From positions 15,252,001 through 15,316,000 of the forward strand of contig NC_043015.1 of the NCBI RefSeq assembly GCF_006345805.1: a DNA stretch of 64,000 nt, given 5' to 3'. This DNA comes from Octopus sinensis (Eukaryota). The notes beneath the pieces were generated by a model. The model was not told the DNA's origin. It ran no database searches and was given only the letters and a program-made list of their open reading frames with translations. This document shows, in pieces, positions 53,135-64,000 of this stretch. The translations under genes and the position numbers were made by a program. Each line of letters starts with the position of its first letter. Positions within the stretch are counted from its first letter, which is position 1.

Positions 53135-53404
53135 GGAAATAACGGTTGCTACCCAAGGACAAAAATCATGTTATACAGTGTTATTAATTTAAATATAGTT
53201 GTAGTTACAATTTACTTTATGACATTTTTATTGCGTATAATAACTTGCATCAATTACATACCAAATACGAAATAAGTTTTAAGTATCATTGAACTCATAT
53301 TGGACAATCTGGAGATCTTTCATGACAAAATTAAAACAGTTGTCATTCAGAAACTGTAATGGGGGCAAGAGAGAAAGTGTATAAACAAAATAAGGGATAT
53401 TTAC

Positions 53405-53522
53405 CATTCTTTGCTGTTGTGATCACATAAGGGTTCTGTTGGACTTCGTGTAGCCCAGTGACAGGAACTTGGTAACACCCAACAATTAGATATGGTAACA
53501 TCTTCATATGTAGAGTTGTGCA
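53405..53522 (-). CDS. TRAPPC14: TRAPPC14-like exon (VHNSTYEDVTISNCWVLP...)
   Basis: GT-AG, phase 1 to 2; resembles human VLNSSSQEEISIWDIRILP. Confidence 0.88.
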
Positions 53523-53602
53523 CTGATAACAGAAATGATGCTAATTAATAATAATAATAATAATAATAATAATGATGATGATGATGATGATGATAATGAT
53601 AA

Positions 53603-53747
53603 TCCTTTCTAGTATAGGCACGAGGCCTGAAATTTTGTGGGGAGGGGTTTAGTCAGTTACATTAACCCAGTACACAAGTGATACCTATTTTATTGACCCC
53701 AAAAGGATGAAAAGCAAAATGAACCTCAGCAGAATTTGAAGTTAGAA
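53603..53747 (-). mobile_element. SINE family A, 3' part
   Basis: Homology to 38750-38965. Confidence 0.75.
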
Positions 53748-54204
53748 CATAGGTGTGGCTGTGTGGTAAGAAGATTGCTTCCCAACCGCATGGTTCCAGG
53801 TTCAGTCCTACTGTGTGGCACCTAGGGCGTCTTCTATTGTAGCCTTGGGCTGACCAAAGCCTTATGAATGGATTTGGTAGATGGAAACTGAAAGAAGCCC
53901 ATCGTATATATATATATATATATATATATGTATGCATGTAGATAGAAACTGAAGGAAGTCTGTCATACATATGTATGTATATATGTATGTGTGCATGTGT
54001 GTCTTTGTTTGTCCCCAGCTATCACTTGACAACCAGTGTTGGTGTGTTTATGCCCCTGTAACTTAGTGGTGCAGCAAAAGAGAATAAGTACCAGGCTTAA
54101 AAAGAAAATAAGGACTGGGGTCAATTAGTTTGACTAAAATTCCTCAAGGCAATACTCCAGCATGGCCACAGTCTAATGACTGAAACACGTAAAAGATAAA
54201 AGAA
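53748..54204 (+). mobile_element. SINE family B, near full length
   Basis: Head, core, internal microsatellite and CAGTC-TAAT-GACTG-AAAC tail. Confidence 0.88.
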
Positions 54205-54224
54205 AGTGTGGCTAGTTGCAATTT

Positions 54225-55170
54225 TACTTAGCTTGACACATGTCTTCTCAGGCACAGTAAACCACTAGAAGTTTCAGTCACTTGCTATCTCCTTCTGTGA
54301 GGCCCAGTGTCTGAAGATCCTTTTTCACTACTCTGAACCATGCCTTCTTGGGTCAACCCCTTCCACATGTTCCCTCCACAATTACAGATTGGCACTTCTT
54401 GATGCAGCTGTCCTCATCCATACACATCACATTACCATATCAGTGCAGTCTTCTTCCTCGCACACTACAACTCATGCATAACATACACAATTTTTCTCTC
54501 AAATTACTTACACTATGTTATATATGCATACTAATATTACCCATCCAACAGAACATGCTGGTTTCATTTTTTTTAAGCCTTCATATGTCCTCTGTAGTCA
54601 AAGCCCATGTTTCACTGCCATGTAGCATAGCTGCTTGTGCACAGGTATCATACAATCTGCCTTTCACTCTGGGGGAGAGACCTTTTGTTACTAGTAAAGA
54701 TAGTAGCTCTCTGAACTTTGCCCAGCCCATTCTTATTCTAGTAACTACACTTTCAGAACTACCTCCTCCACTGCTAATGTGGTCATCTAAGTAATGGAAA
54801 CTATCTAATACTTCTAAGGATCCCCCCCCCCCCCACCAGACACTTGACAAAGTCAATTTTCTGTACATTCTTAGTGTTTATTGTACCTGCACATCTGCAA
54901 CACACAAAGATTACTTTCTCTGTTAACCTTCCTGTGATATCACTGCACCTCTTATGTGTCCATAGCTTGCACTGGGTACACCATATGAAGTTTCTATCAA
55001 CACCTTTTCCACATGTTATGTAGGGCCAACCCCCTGAAGAGATGAGCGATCTGTCTGTTTTCCTACTCACTTTGGTCTTTGCTAAATTAACTCTAAAGCC
55101 TTTTGATTCTGGACCTTGCTTCCACATCTGAATTTTCTTTTCTAGTTCTGCTAGGGATTCAACAATAAGA
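54225..55170 (-). mobile_element. RTE-like LINE 3' fragment with a Cys/His insert
   Basis: KGFRVNLAKTK, Cys cluster, FHYLDD, MLHGSETW, GRPKK.W. Confidence 0.85.
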
Positions 55171-56333
55171 ACCACAGTGGTACTTCCAAGCCTCCTTTTT
55201 TGCAGAATCATCAAATGCAAGTGAGCCATCATCCAGGTAAATGCACTTCTCTCCTACAACATCATGGTTGTCTCTGATGCAAACTTTTTTGGTAACACTA
55301 ATGATTCTTTCAACAAAAACATTCTAAAAATTATATTGCAAAAGATCACAGAGCCATTTAATTGCTTTCCCATTCATATTACAAATTCAGGATCAGTGCC
55401 ATTCACACTTGATCCAACACTAAATTCTATCTCCTCAAATTAGGTATCAAAAATGATTTCTGCTTTTTTAACCTGTATAACTCTATCTTCTCAGATACTT
55501 CATGTCAGCACAAATCATATTGGTCACTCTAATCCTGCATGTAGACAGAATACCTCTAGGAATAGATTTTCCAATGTGTCCTTTCTTGTGAGGAAAGGAC
55601 ATGTGATAGGAGGGAGATTTTGCTGTTGTTTCTACTAAAGGCTAAAGTAGGAGAAACAAATTACAATACTTAATATGAGATGAAATATCAAATTATGAAC
55701 AATAAATGAGTGATTTGATTGCTGTTATTGGTAAACCTCTTATATGTGTCAGTATCAGACAAGTACTTAAATGTCTAATATCACTTAAAGTTAAAATCAC
55801 TATCAATTAATATAACATTTATATTGTTTTCATGCTAATTTGGATAGGTTTATATTACAGAAATGCTTTGTATGTTTCAGTTCTGTAACATTCAATGTTA
55901 CTGAGTAAGATCTGATATTTCTAAATTTCTGGTAACTTGTCAGCTGACAGATATTCTGTATCATAGTTTTTGCACCCATTCATTGTATTGACATTAGTAT
56001 ATATGGCTCTTTTCTAGTCTTGTCTTCCATATAGAAAATAATGAAATGCTAATTTATACAGTAATTAGTTTAAACATGTTTTACCTTCTTAAGGAGTTTT
56101 GAAAACTGATAATCTCAGTTTGATAACAATGTTGTACAGACAAAATAAATCTGAGTTGATAGAAATGGAAATGGTGATGTTCATTTCTTTTCCAAATCAT
56201 TAATGAGAGAGGTAGAGCATTATCAGAGAAGAATATCAGTTAAATGCACAGCTAATAATTGATGCTGTAAATAGACACAAAGTAAAAACAGATGGAATAC
56301 TAGTGACTTTGTTTTTGGTAATAAGAAACTGAC

Positions 56334-56420
56334 CTTCCAACAGAATGAATTGCTTGCCTGCAGCCTGAGCAAGATGACACTTCAGTTTAGGAGGTTGTAT
56401 TAGGTTCAGAAGACAACTTA
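56334..56420 (-). CDS. TRAPPC14: TRAPPC14-like exon (LSCLLNLIQPPKLKCHLAQAAGKQFILLE)
   Basis: GT-AG, phase 1 to 1; resembles human VSTLLTLLPPPVLRCRQFTVAGKHLTVLK. Confidence 0.9.
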
Positions 56421-58317
56421 CTGTAAAGACAAAACAGAAGAAAAATAGAGAAAATGATTTCAAATTAAGATGAAGAGAATGAATTACAGCAAAAAGACTG
56501 AATTAATTCATTAGTAGAATCAAACATTAATTTGTTTAATGACATATTTTCATTGTCATATATTACATAACAATTGTATGTGCATTACAACACATTAGAA
56601 AAAGTAACCAAAACTGCATGAATAGTACATAGAATATTCACTGGAATTGAATAGTAAATAAGTTTTCTTTTTTTTAAAAAAGTATAGGATGGGGCCATCA
56701 GGTTTACGGTTAGTGAATTTCAGGAAGCATAGAAGTTTTGAAGGATGTAGTGTCTCAATAGCTAACAACTGATGTGGGAAGTTTATTCCATGCAATTCTG
56801 AGTGTGAAAATAAAAATTCTACTCATTTTATCAATGTTGATGGAATGAAAGGCAAAGCTTACTCTGGTAAAATTAAGACTCAGAACTGAAAGAAGATAAA
56901 ACTGAAAGCTGCATTTAGATATTCAACAGTCTCAGCCATATCTACAGCCTTTTTCTATTATTAATGCTGATTATTTTAGAACAGGTACAATACCATTTTT
57001 TTTTAATAATGGAAGGGGACATTAAGATTAAATGATCTGAGTATAATAGGGGTAAGTATTACAGCAATAATATCCTTTGTAAAACCTGATTTAGTTGATG
57101 TCAAGCAGAGGATGATCATTTGTAAATGAAATTGAAAAATTTTTCAATTAATTGAAATTTTCCTTGTAGCTGGAGAAAGAACACAAAACCCGAGCAGAAA
57201 TTGTTAATTATACAAGATAATTTCACAATAATAATCAACATACTCAAAGAAAAAGTCTTATCTTCATTTTTAAACAAGAAGACATCTATATATGTTTTAT
57301 TAGGCTTCATCAGTATAGCATAATTTCCTTTTGTTTGTGTCACAATTACTGTTAGGTTTCAATTTCTTTTTCCAACTAAAGCATTACTTCACTTGAGTTA
57401 TTTGCCTCAGCTCACATAGTTCTTTTAAAAAATTGTGATAATTTCTAATATTTATGAGTTTTCTGTTTTTAACTTATTACTGTTCTGCATATTATTACTT
57501 CATTTGTATTCAAATTACCTGTCCTATGATTGGTAATATATTTCTGCCTTACCATGGGTCATATCGATGTGTTTTTACATAGGTCAATATAACTTTATTT
57601 TTCCCAAATTTTATGGGGATTAAGCAAAGTAATGAAATTTTTTAAAAATTTAAACAAAAATAAAACAAATTCCTTATATAGGCAATAAATATGTTACCAA
57701 TAACAATAATACTGACCAACTCTCAATTACAATAATACTGTACAACTCTGATAATATTCTCTGGAACAATATATATTATTTTGTCTTCAATAGGATTCAC
57801 TTATACTGCAACCAACATACACCATAACTGTCATACCTATGTAACATTACCTGATAATATATTCCCAAACTTATTTGTTATTCAACAGGTAATACTTTAA
57901 TGTTGACAATAAGACCCTTTTAAACTGGTGGCAAAACAAAGTTGTACTAAAGCGAATTCTGAAAAACTTTTGGAGGAGTTAGTACTTGTAGTAATAAAAA
58001 TAAGAGGTGGAGGAAGTGGACAAATAGTAATAGAAGAATGAAAAGGTAGAGGAGGTGAAATTATTAGTTGTAGTTGTAAAGATGTAGTAATAGTTTAAAG
58101 TAAAAAAAAAAAGACAAAAAAAACGTTTGGCATCACTTGAAAAAAGACATTTAAATCAGATAGAGAATATAAACATATGGAGTCTCTTGCAGTTGTTTCT
58201 AGGATAGTCAAGCATGTGAATAATCATATTGAGTAAGGATTTTATAGGCTGAGTATTTCGTCATCAGAGGGAGAGAAGTCAGAAAGATGTAAAAACAAGG
58301 GAATATCCCCATTCAAG

Positions 58318-58490
58318 GATCATCATCATCATCGTTCAACGTCCGCTTTCCATGGGTTGGACGATTTGACTGAGGACTGGCGAACCAGATGGCTGCACTA
58401 GGCTCCAATCTTGATCTGGCAGAGTTTCTACAGCTGGATGCCCTTCCTAATGCCAATCACTCCAAGAGTGTAGAGGGTGCTTTTACGTGC
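58318..58490 (-). mobile_element. RTE-like 3' tail
   Basis: Reverse complement of the tail at 44600-44780. Confidence 0.75.
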
Positions 58491-58902
58491 TCCAGTTTGT
58501 CAAAAGTGAGAGACAGATCAGCGTAAAATAGATATGAATTACGTAGTTTTATGACCAAACAAATAATAGTTATAGTCCATTAGCAATTTCAAATGAGACT
58601 GTTAGATGATAATCCATGTCAAGGTAGATGTAGGACTAGTAGTAGACAGCAAGACAGGGAAGAGTGTGTATTAATGGTAGTAAACAGGGAAAGGGAGCAA
58701 TTCCATATAAGGTAGCACAACCAAGTAACAAACGATGACTGTTATTAGTATGAGATGATATCACAGGGTAAAGCAATCATGTACAGAAGCAACAATGTAT
58801 AGATGGACGTAATCTCTGACGTAAGCAGATAGACAATATTGACAGTATCAAAATGATACATTTAAGTTCTTCAATAAAAGATATAGTTAGGATGTTACTT
58901 AC

Positions 58903-59128
58903 AAGATTGCCTTGTAACAGTCTTTGGAGGAGGAGGGAGTCCTGTGGATGAATCAGGACTAAGGCAGAAATCTTTTTCAAGTGCCATCCATTCTGTTGGA
59001 GTTGGTGTCTTAGAGAGCCAGACTGCTACTGAGAGCAACACTTGCTTGCACCCACCTGGTACAGAGGTGAGACTTAGGCTCAGAGGAATTACATAGATGT
59101 TACCTTTAGAAAAGTAAGGTTTTTCTTT
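58903..59128 (-). CDS. TRAPPC14: TRAPPC14-like, most 5' coding exon found (KEKPYFSKGNIYVIPLSLSLTSVPGG...VAVW...)
   Basis: TTTTTTCAG acceptor, GTAAGT donor; resembles human VIFPLTVSLDRLPPG..IVVTVW; the 11 exons total 1413 nt in one open frame. Confidence 0.88.
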
Positions 59129-59791
59129 CTGAAAAAATAAATAAAACAAAATAAAAAGGCTTAGTATCTATACAGCATTTATTTTAGTTTGAAACTATGA
59201 AAAAATATTAGTTTGATCAATGAAGTTTTATAAGTACCATAAAAAATAAATATTAGATTCTAATAAGGACATAAATAGCAACTTATTAAACACAAGTATT
59301 ATTAGTTTTTTGAAAGTGCCAGTTCAAAACTTTATTCTGAAGTGCAAGATCCACACACACACACACACACGAAAAAAAAAAACCCAACTGCTGCTATTTA
59401 TTTGTATATGTACTTTCCAATCTTTTATTTTGAGTATTTATTTATTTATTTTGTGTTTGTGAGGTTGTCTATATGCAGCCTGTCATGATTTGACTGTTTA
59501 TGATCTTCGTAATTTATGGCAAAATTAGGGGCCCAAAATAGACTGGCATAATCCATGATGTATTTAATGTATAGTCAGTTCATAAGAATTATGCTTTCTT
59601 TGAGTTGGTCAAATGTAACTGAAATGTTCTAAGTATGTGCCTGTATTGTTTTGATTTCTTTACTGTCCCCTAATGTGGTGTGTATGCTACAAAGTTGGTG
59701 TGTGTAATTTTATTATTTTTTTTAGGTGTGATATATTTAAAATGTTGTTTAGCCCATTTTAGTCCAGATTGAGCGGACCTATAAGCACCTA

Positions 59792-59913
59792 CAAGCAAGT
59801 GTTGCTCTCAGTAGCTGTCTGGCTCTCTAAGACACCAACTCCAAAAGATTTCTGCCTTAGTCCTGATTCATCCACAGGACTCCCTCCTCCTCCAAAGACT
59901 GTTACAAAGCAAT
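59792..59913 (+). repeat. Inverted intronic copy of exon segment 58906-59048
   Basis: 122 nt identical to the exon sense sequence but on the opposite strand, except 2 substitutions and a 21-nt deletion. Confidence 0.95.
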
Positions 59914-61838
59914 GACCATCTTGTCTCTTTTCAGACACAGTGCATGTAAGACATATCCCATTCATATAATGAGGCAATAGGGTGTAAATTTAGGAAGCTT
60001 TGGTTGCTATTTCAAACAGGTGAAGCAACTTTGTAGAGGCACAAGTTATGGTGTGTAACGGTTGCTTGTATTTGATGTTCTTTGATGCTATTGGTAAAAA
60101 GGAAGATGGTGGATCTTGTAGGTACTACTTTTAGTCAATTTATTTGAAACTGCATTTTTAGGTGGTAGGTTGTATATTGATGAAATTGTACAGCTGTATC
60201 TGAAGAATGGTGTAACTGTAATGTCATTTACATATAGTGTTGTGCATATTAACTGTTGAGGTTGATGTGGGTGTAGGCTATTAGTTAAAAGTAATTGATG
60301 AGAAGATAGATTTATTCTTTTTGTAAAATTTCAAATTTTAAGTAAGCTGTATACTAATCAAGTTTGACAACATGAGAGGTTGTTTCGATACATTCTTTTT
60401 AAAGAAATGCTTTGTGTATAAGTGAATGGAGTCAAAAGCTCTACAATATTCATAGATTTTGAATTTCCATGAGAAACACAATATTTCAAAAACTAAACTT
60501 AAGACAAAAACTCTGATACACAGTGAGCCAGTGCAATCTAAAGAATGAGGAATTTATTTAATGCTTAGTGCAGAGAGAAGGACAGTGTCTGTGATCCTTT
60601 GTAGGATCTCCAAAGCTAGAGGGACAAAGGGAGAAAGGTATTCTCAAACTGGAAAGTTGGCCCAAATGATTGTAATAGTATAGACTTCACTAAAGTTACC
60701 CAAGTGACCAAGTGGTGTGTTTAATTGATTGACAAATTAAGTATCCTGCCCAAATGGGCCATGACATTATTTGAATTTAGAATGCTAAAGTCCAAAATAT
60801 TGCCACAAGTTATATTGTCCGATGCTCTTATAATTCTCCAAGTGTGACTTGTGTAAGATTACAATCTGTATTTCCATCCATTACTTTCCTCTATTTTCAA
60901 CTAAAAAAATAGCTGTAATTTTGTCATTTATCTTGGAGTATTCAATCTGGACAAAGAACACTACATATCACAAAAGATACATCTTGAAGAACATGATATC
61001 TTGATACCATTTGAAGATACTAAAACAAAACCTCTGGCCTCAACATTATGGTAAAAACTACAAAATGTCAAAGGATGTCTTTTGGTTTGGTAACAGTTAA
61101 CCTAAAACACTGGGTGTCTGAAAGTCCTCTTACACAAATGACTTAAGTGTGTTACAGACACACACATTCCTCTGAAAGAAGTTGTTCTCCAATGACAAAA
61201 CACAGCAATTACCATATTCATGTTCACATCTTCCAGAATATATCAAGAATGAATATATAAGTAATTGCTTTGGTTCACACTGTTTACTATACACATGATG
61301 ATTTATCAGTTGGCAGATATTAAAACACAGCATATAATTTGTTTGCAAAAGTTATAAACAAGAACCACAAACACTTGTTAGATTCATTAGTCCAAGGCAG
61401 CTTTGGCTGAGGGGGCACAATGATGTTGAAACACCAGGTGTCACACAGTACCCTTACACTAATGAATTGGGTGTGTTATGAACGCATGTTCATCTGAAAG
61501 GAGAAGTTGTTCTCTAATGATGAATTACAACTGTGATTAGCAGATTTATGTCCGAATCTGCCAAAAAGTATTAAGAATGAATATGAAAGACACTGTATCT
61601 TAGAATTATAGATCTGTAAGTGAAATGAAATAGTATCAACTGGGAATCAAACCATCAACCTACCAGGATAATATTTCTTATTGTACCCAACACTAATGGT
61701 CTCTTAATGGAAAGTAAATGAGAAACTCTGATATTCATGTCTTCACCAGAGATAATAGCGTAGTTACGTATATATTGTGTAGCTAATTAGATGAGAGACA
61801 ATGATTAGTTATAAATATGCATTATCTTTCTTGCATTG

Positions 61839-62470
61839 AAGGCAGTGAGCTTGTAGAATCATTACATGGCGGACGAAAAACTTAAAAATATTTCACCTGT
61901 CTTTATGTTCCAGGTTCAAATTCCACCAAGGCCAATTGCCTTTCATTCTTCTAGGGCTAATAAAATAGGAACCAGTTGGGCACTAGGGTCAATGTAATTA
62001 ACTAACCCGTTCTCTGGATCTTTTCGGTTTGAACGGCAGTTTTTAACATAATTTCTAGGTAACTAAAAAATTGTAAACTTCGTATACTGGTAGAATGTGT
62101 TTATAAAACATCTTTTTCTCTTGGCTTTATTGAGAAAATTCTATTGTTTGTAAGATATTTGTTGTTATTTTTCTTCAATTTCTGCAATTTCAACCAATTA
62201 CTGACGTCTATTGAGGTAAAAAAACAAACATTCTGTGCCGTATGAATATGTCCCTCGTTTAAGAAACAGATTGGGTTTATTTACATTTGTGAAGAAAAAA
62301 AAGATACCCTTCCCCCCACCCCTAAAACAGATTGAAATGCAATAGATCGATACTAGGGTCATAATTATGGGTGACATTTTCATATGACACCGCTAGAAAA
62401 AAACTGCCGTTCAAACGGAAAAGATCCCGTTCTCTTAACATTACGGACCTTGTGCCAAAATAAGAAAGAA
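61839..62470 (+). mobile_element. SINE family A split by a MITE insertion
   Basis: Head and core at 61839-62015; the tail (..CCTTGTGCCAAAATAAGAAA) resumes after 62435. Confidence 0.75.
62016..62427. mobile_element. MITE with GG..CC termini and 8-bp TSD (Merlin-like)
   Basis: TIRs GGATCTTTTCGGTTTGAACGGCAGTTTTT / AAAAACTGCCGTTCAAACGGAAAAGATCC; TSD CGTTCTCT at 62008-15 and 62428-35. Confidence 0.9.
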
Positions 62471-62661
62471 TCTCCTTGGGGTGTCCAATGTAAATGGGGA
62501 AAAGAAATTAGAACGTCTATTGGTAACACCATACATACAAAATGAAAACACTGAAGTTATTTCTTACAGAACTCGGCTTCATATTTAGAGTGGACATTAA
62601 CTAGCCGATTGACCTACACAAATGTTAGAATGTAAATTACGGTTCGGCTTTAAAATGTAGG

Positions 62662-63240
62662 TTAAGGGGCACACCGACACAAGTGACCCCCCCCCATCTC
62701 CCGCACCGAATTTGTTTCCTCAATACTTCCAGAGAAACGGATATTTTTTAAGGCAATTTTCTACAAATATGTTTCAGGTAGTGTAGATTCCGATTATATC
62801 GGAATTTGTTGTGAAAACAAATTTTCCGTGGGTGTGGATTGGAGTATCAGAAAATTCACACGAGTTATCTTTGTTTCCCTATAACTTTTAGAAAAAAATG
62901 GGTACATTTTTTTTAATGAAATTTCCTACAAATACCTTTGAGAGTGCATAGATTACGATTATCGGAATTTCATATGAAAAAATAAAACGGTGAACACGCA
63001 CACATAATATACTGATACATCACAATTCTGTTTTGAAATTTCAAGTTTCATTTTGTAGATATGTGATTTATTATTATTATTATTATTAAATTCCGATATA
63101 ATTAGAATCTATACACTCTGAAAGGTATTTGCTGAAAATTTCATTAAGAAATACCCATTTTTCTGAAAGTTATGAGGAAACAAAGCTGACTCATGTGAAT
63201 ATTCCAAAAACCATCTCCCCACTCACAAAAAAATCTTTTT
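62662..63240. repeat. Degraded foldback element with tandem and inverted ~130-bp subunits
   Basis: 62850-62975 is inverted against 63088-63205; 62710-62810 is a further direct subunit. Confidence 0.6.
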
Positions 63241-63725
63241 CACATCTGAAACGGATTTGTTGAAACAGAATGGGGCACATTTGTGTAGGTATGCCGATTA
63301 CAGGTAACTGTTGGTTTGCTTCGCAATAACAACAAAGTGAGCACTGTCAAATGTTGAAGTTTGACATATGCGAACACACTAATCATGTTGTTAACCCCAG
63401 ATAAAGTCTGATGAAGCAGATCCATAATCAGTAGCAGTCTAAACACGACCATCTCGTCTTATTGTCTTCCTTGACTGTAAAGTATCTAGATCTGCACTAT
63501 GCAGCGAATCCTTACATTTTATTAAAAAGTCCGTAAGGTATAATTTGAGGGAGATATGATTGCTATTTTTAAAAAAGTCGAACGGCTACATAGAAAAGTG
63601 GTTTAGATACCCAATTTATTCACAGCAAAAGACCTAATTTCGTTTAAATGAATTTTTCCTACGGACCCTAAGTTTACAACAAACACGTTTTCAGTTTCAT
63701 ATCTACATTGAAAGGTAAATGAATT

Positions 63726-63971
63726 GGTACTACAAGCGAACAGTGGTCCCGGTGTGCGCACTCGCGCATCTGCGCTAGCTAGTCGTAAGTAGTCGATCCT
63801 ACAACGACTTTTTAACCCTAAACCTAACCCTAATTTTTTAACCCTAACCCTAGTTTGTTTATAAAAATAATTTATTTACTTAGTTTTAAAAATTGTAGGA
63901 TCGACTACTTACGACTAGCTAGCGAGGATGCGCAAGTGCGCGCACCGGGACCACTGTTAGCTTGTAGTACC
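63726..63971. mobile_element. MITE with ~77-bp TIRs and 8-bp TSD (Merlin-like)
   Basis: GGTACTACAAGC...GCTTGTAGTACC; TSD AATGAATT at 63718-25 and 63972-79; internal TAACCC repeats. Confidence 0.9.
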
Positions 63972-64000
63972 AATGAATTATTAAAAACAATTAAGTAATA

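Noticed and set aside
56085-56150. AG...GT-bounded 66-nt candidate exon
   Set aside because: Hits a stop in the required phase 1; no similarity to TRAPPC14; flanking exons already join correctly
63240-63452. 70-aa minus ORF (MVVFRLLLIM...) as the TRAPPC14 first exon
   Set aside because: Only vague resemblance to ETVRFLLVL, an in-frame stop just upstream, and no clear donor; the N-terminal exons are probably outside the window

Overview
AT-rich, microsatellite-saturated animal genomic DNA. The SINE/LINE repertoire, recognised from memory and not by database search, points to an octopus (coleoid cephalopod) genome. One host gene is supported: 11 minus-strand GT-AG coding exons (59128 down to 39549) splice in frame to 470 aa resembling TRAPPC14 (C7orf43/MAP11); its N-terminal exons were not found in the window. 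The rest is mobile DNA: several tRNA-derived SINE families, Penelope-like elements (PLEs), a near-complete CR1-group LINE ORF2, RTE and R4/Dong fragments, a full-length decayed mariner, a hAT transposase remnant, a solo LTR, several MITEs, long (TA)n arrays and a 100-N gap. The most notable observations are: (1) a 122-nt inverted intronic copy of a TRAPPC14 coding exon, predicted to form a long exon:intron duplex (candidate ADAR editing-complementary or splicing element); (2) four type-I hammerhead ribozyme-like motifs, one at the junction of a 504-bp partial tandem repeat (retrozyme/pLTR-like); (3) a LINE 3' tail shared with a SINE family and showing a covarying stem-loop. Boundaries of decayed repeats are approximate.
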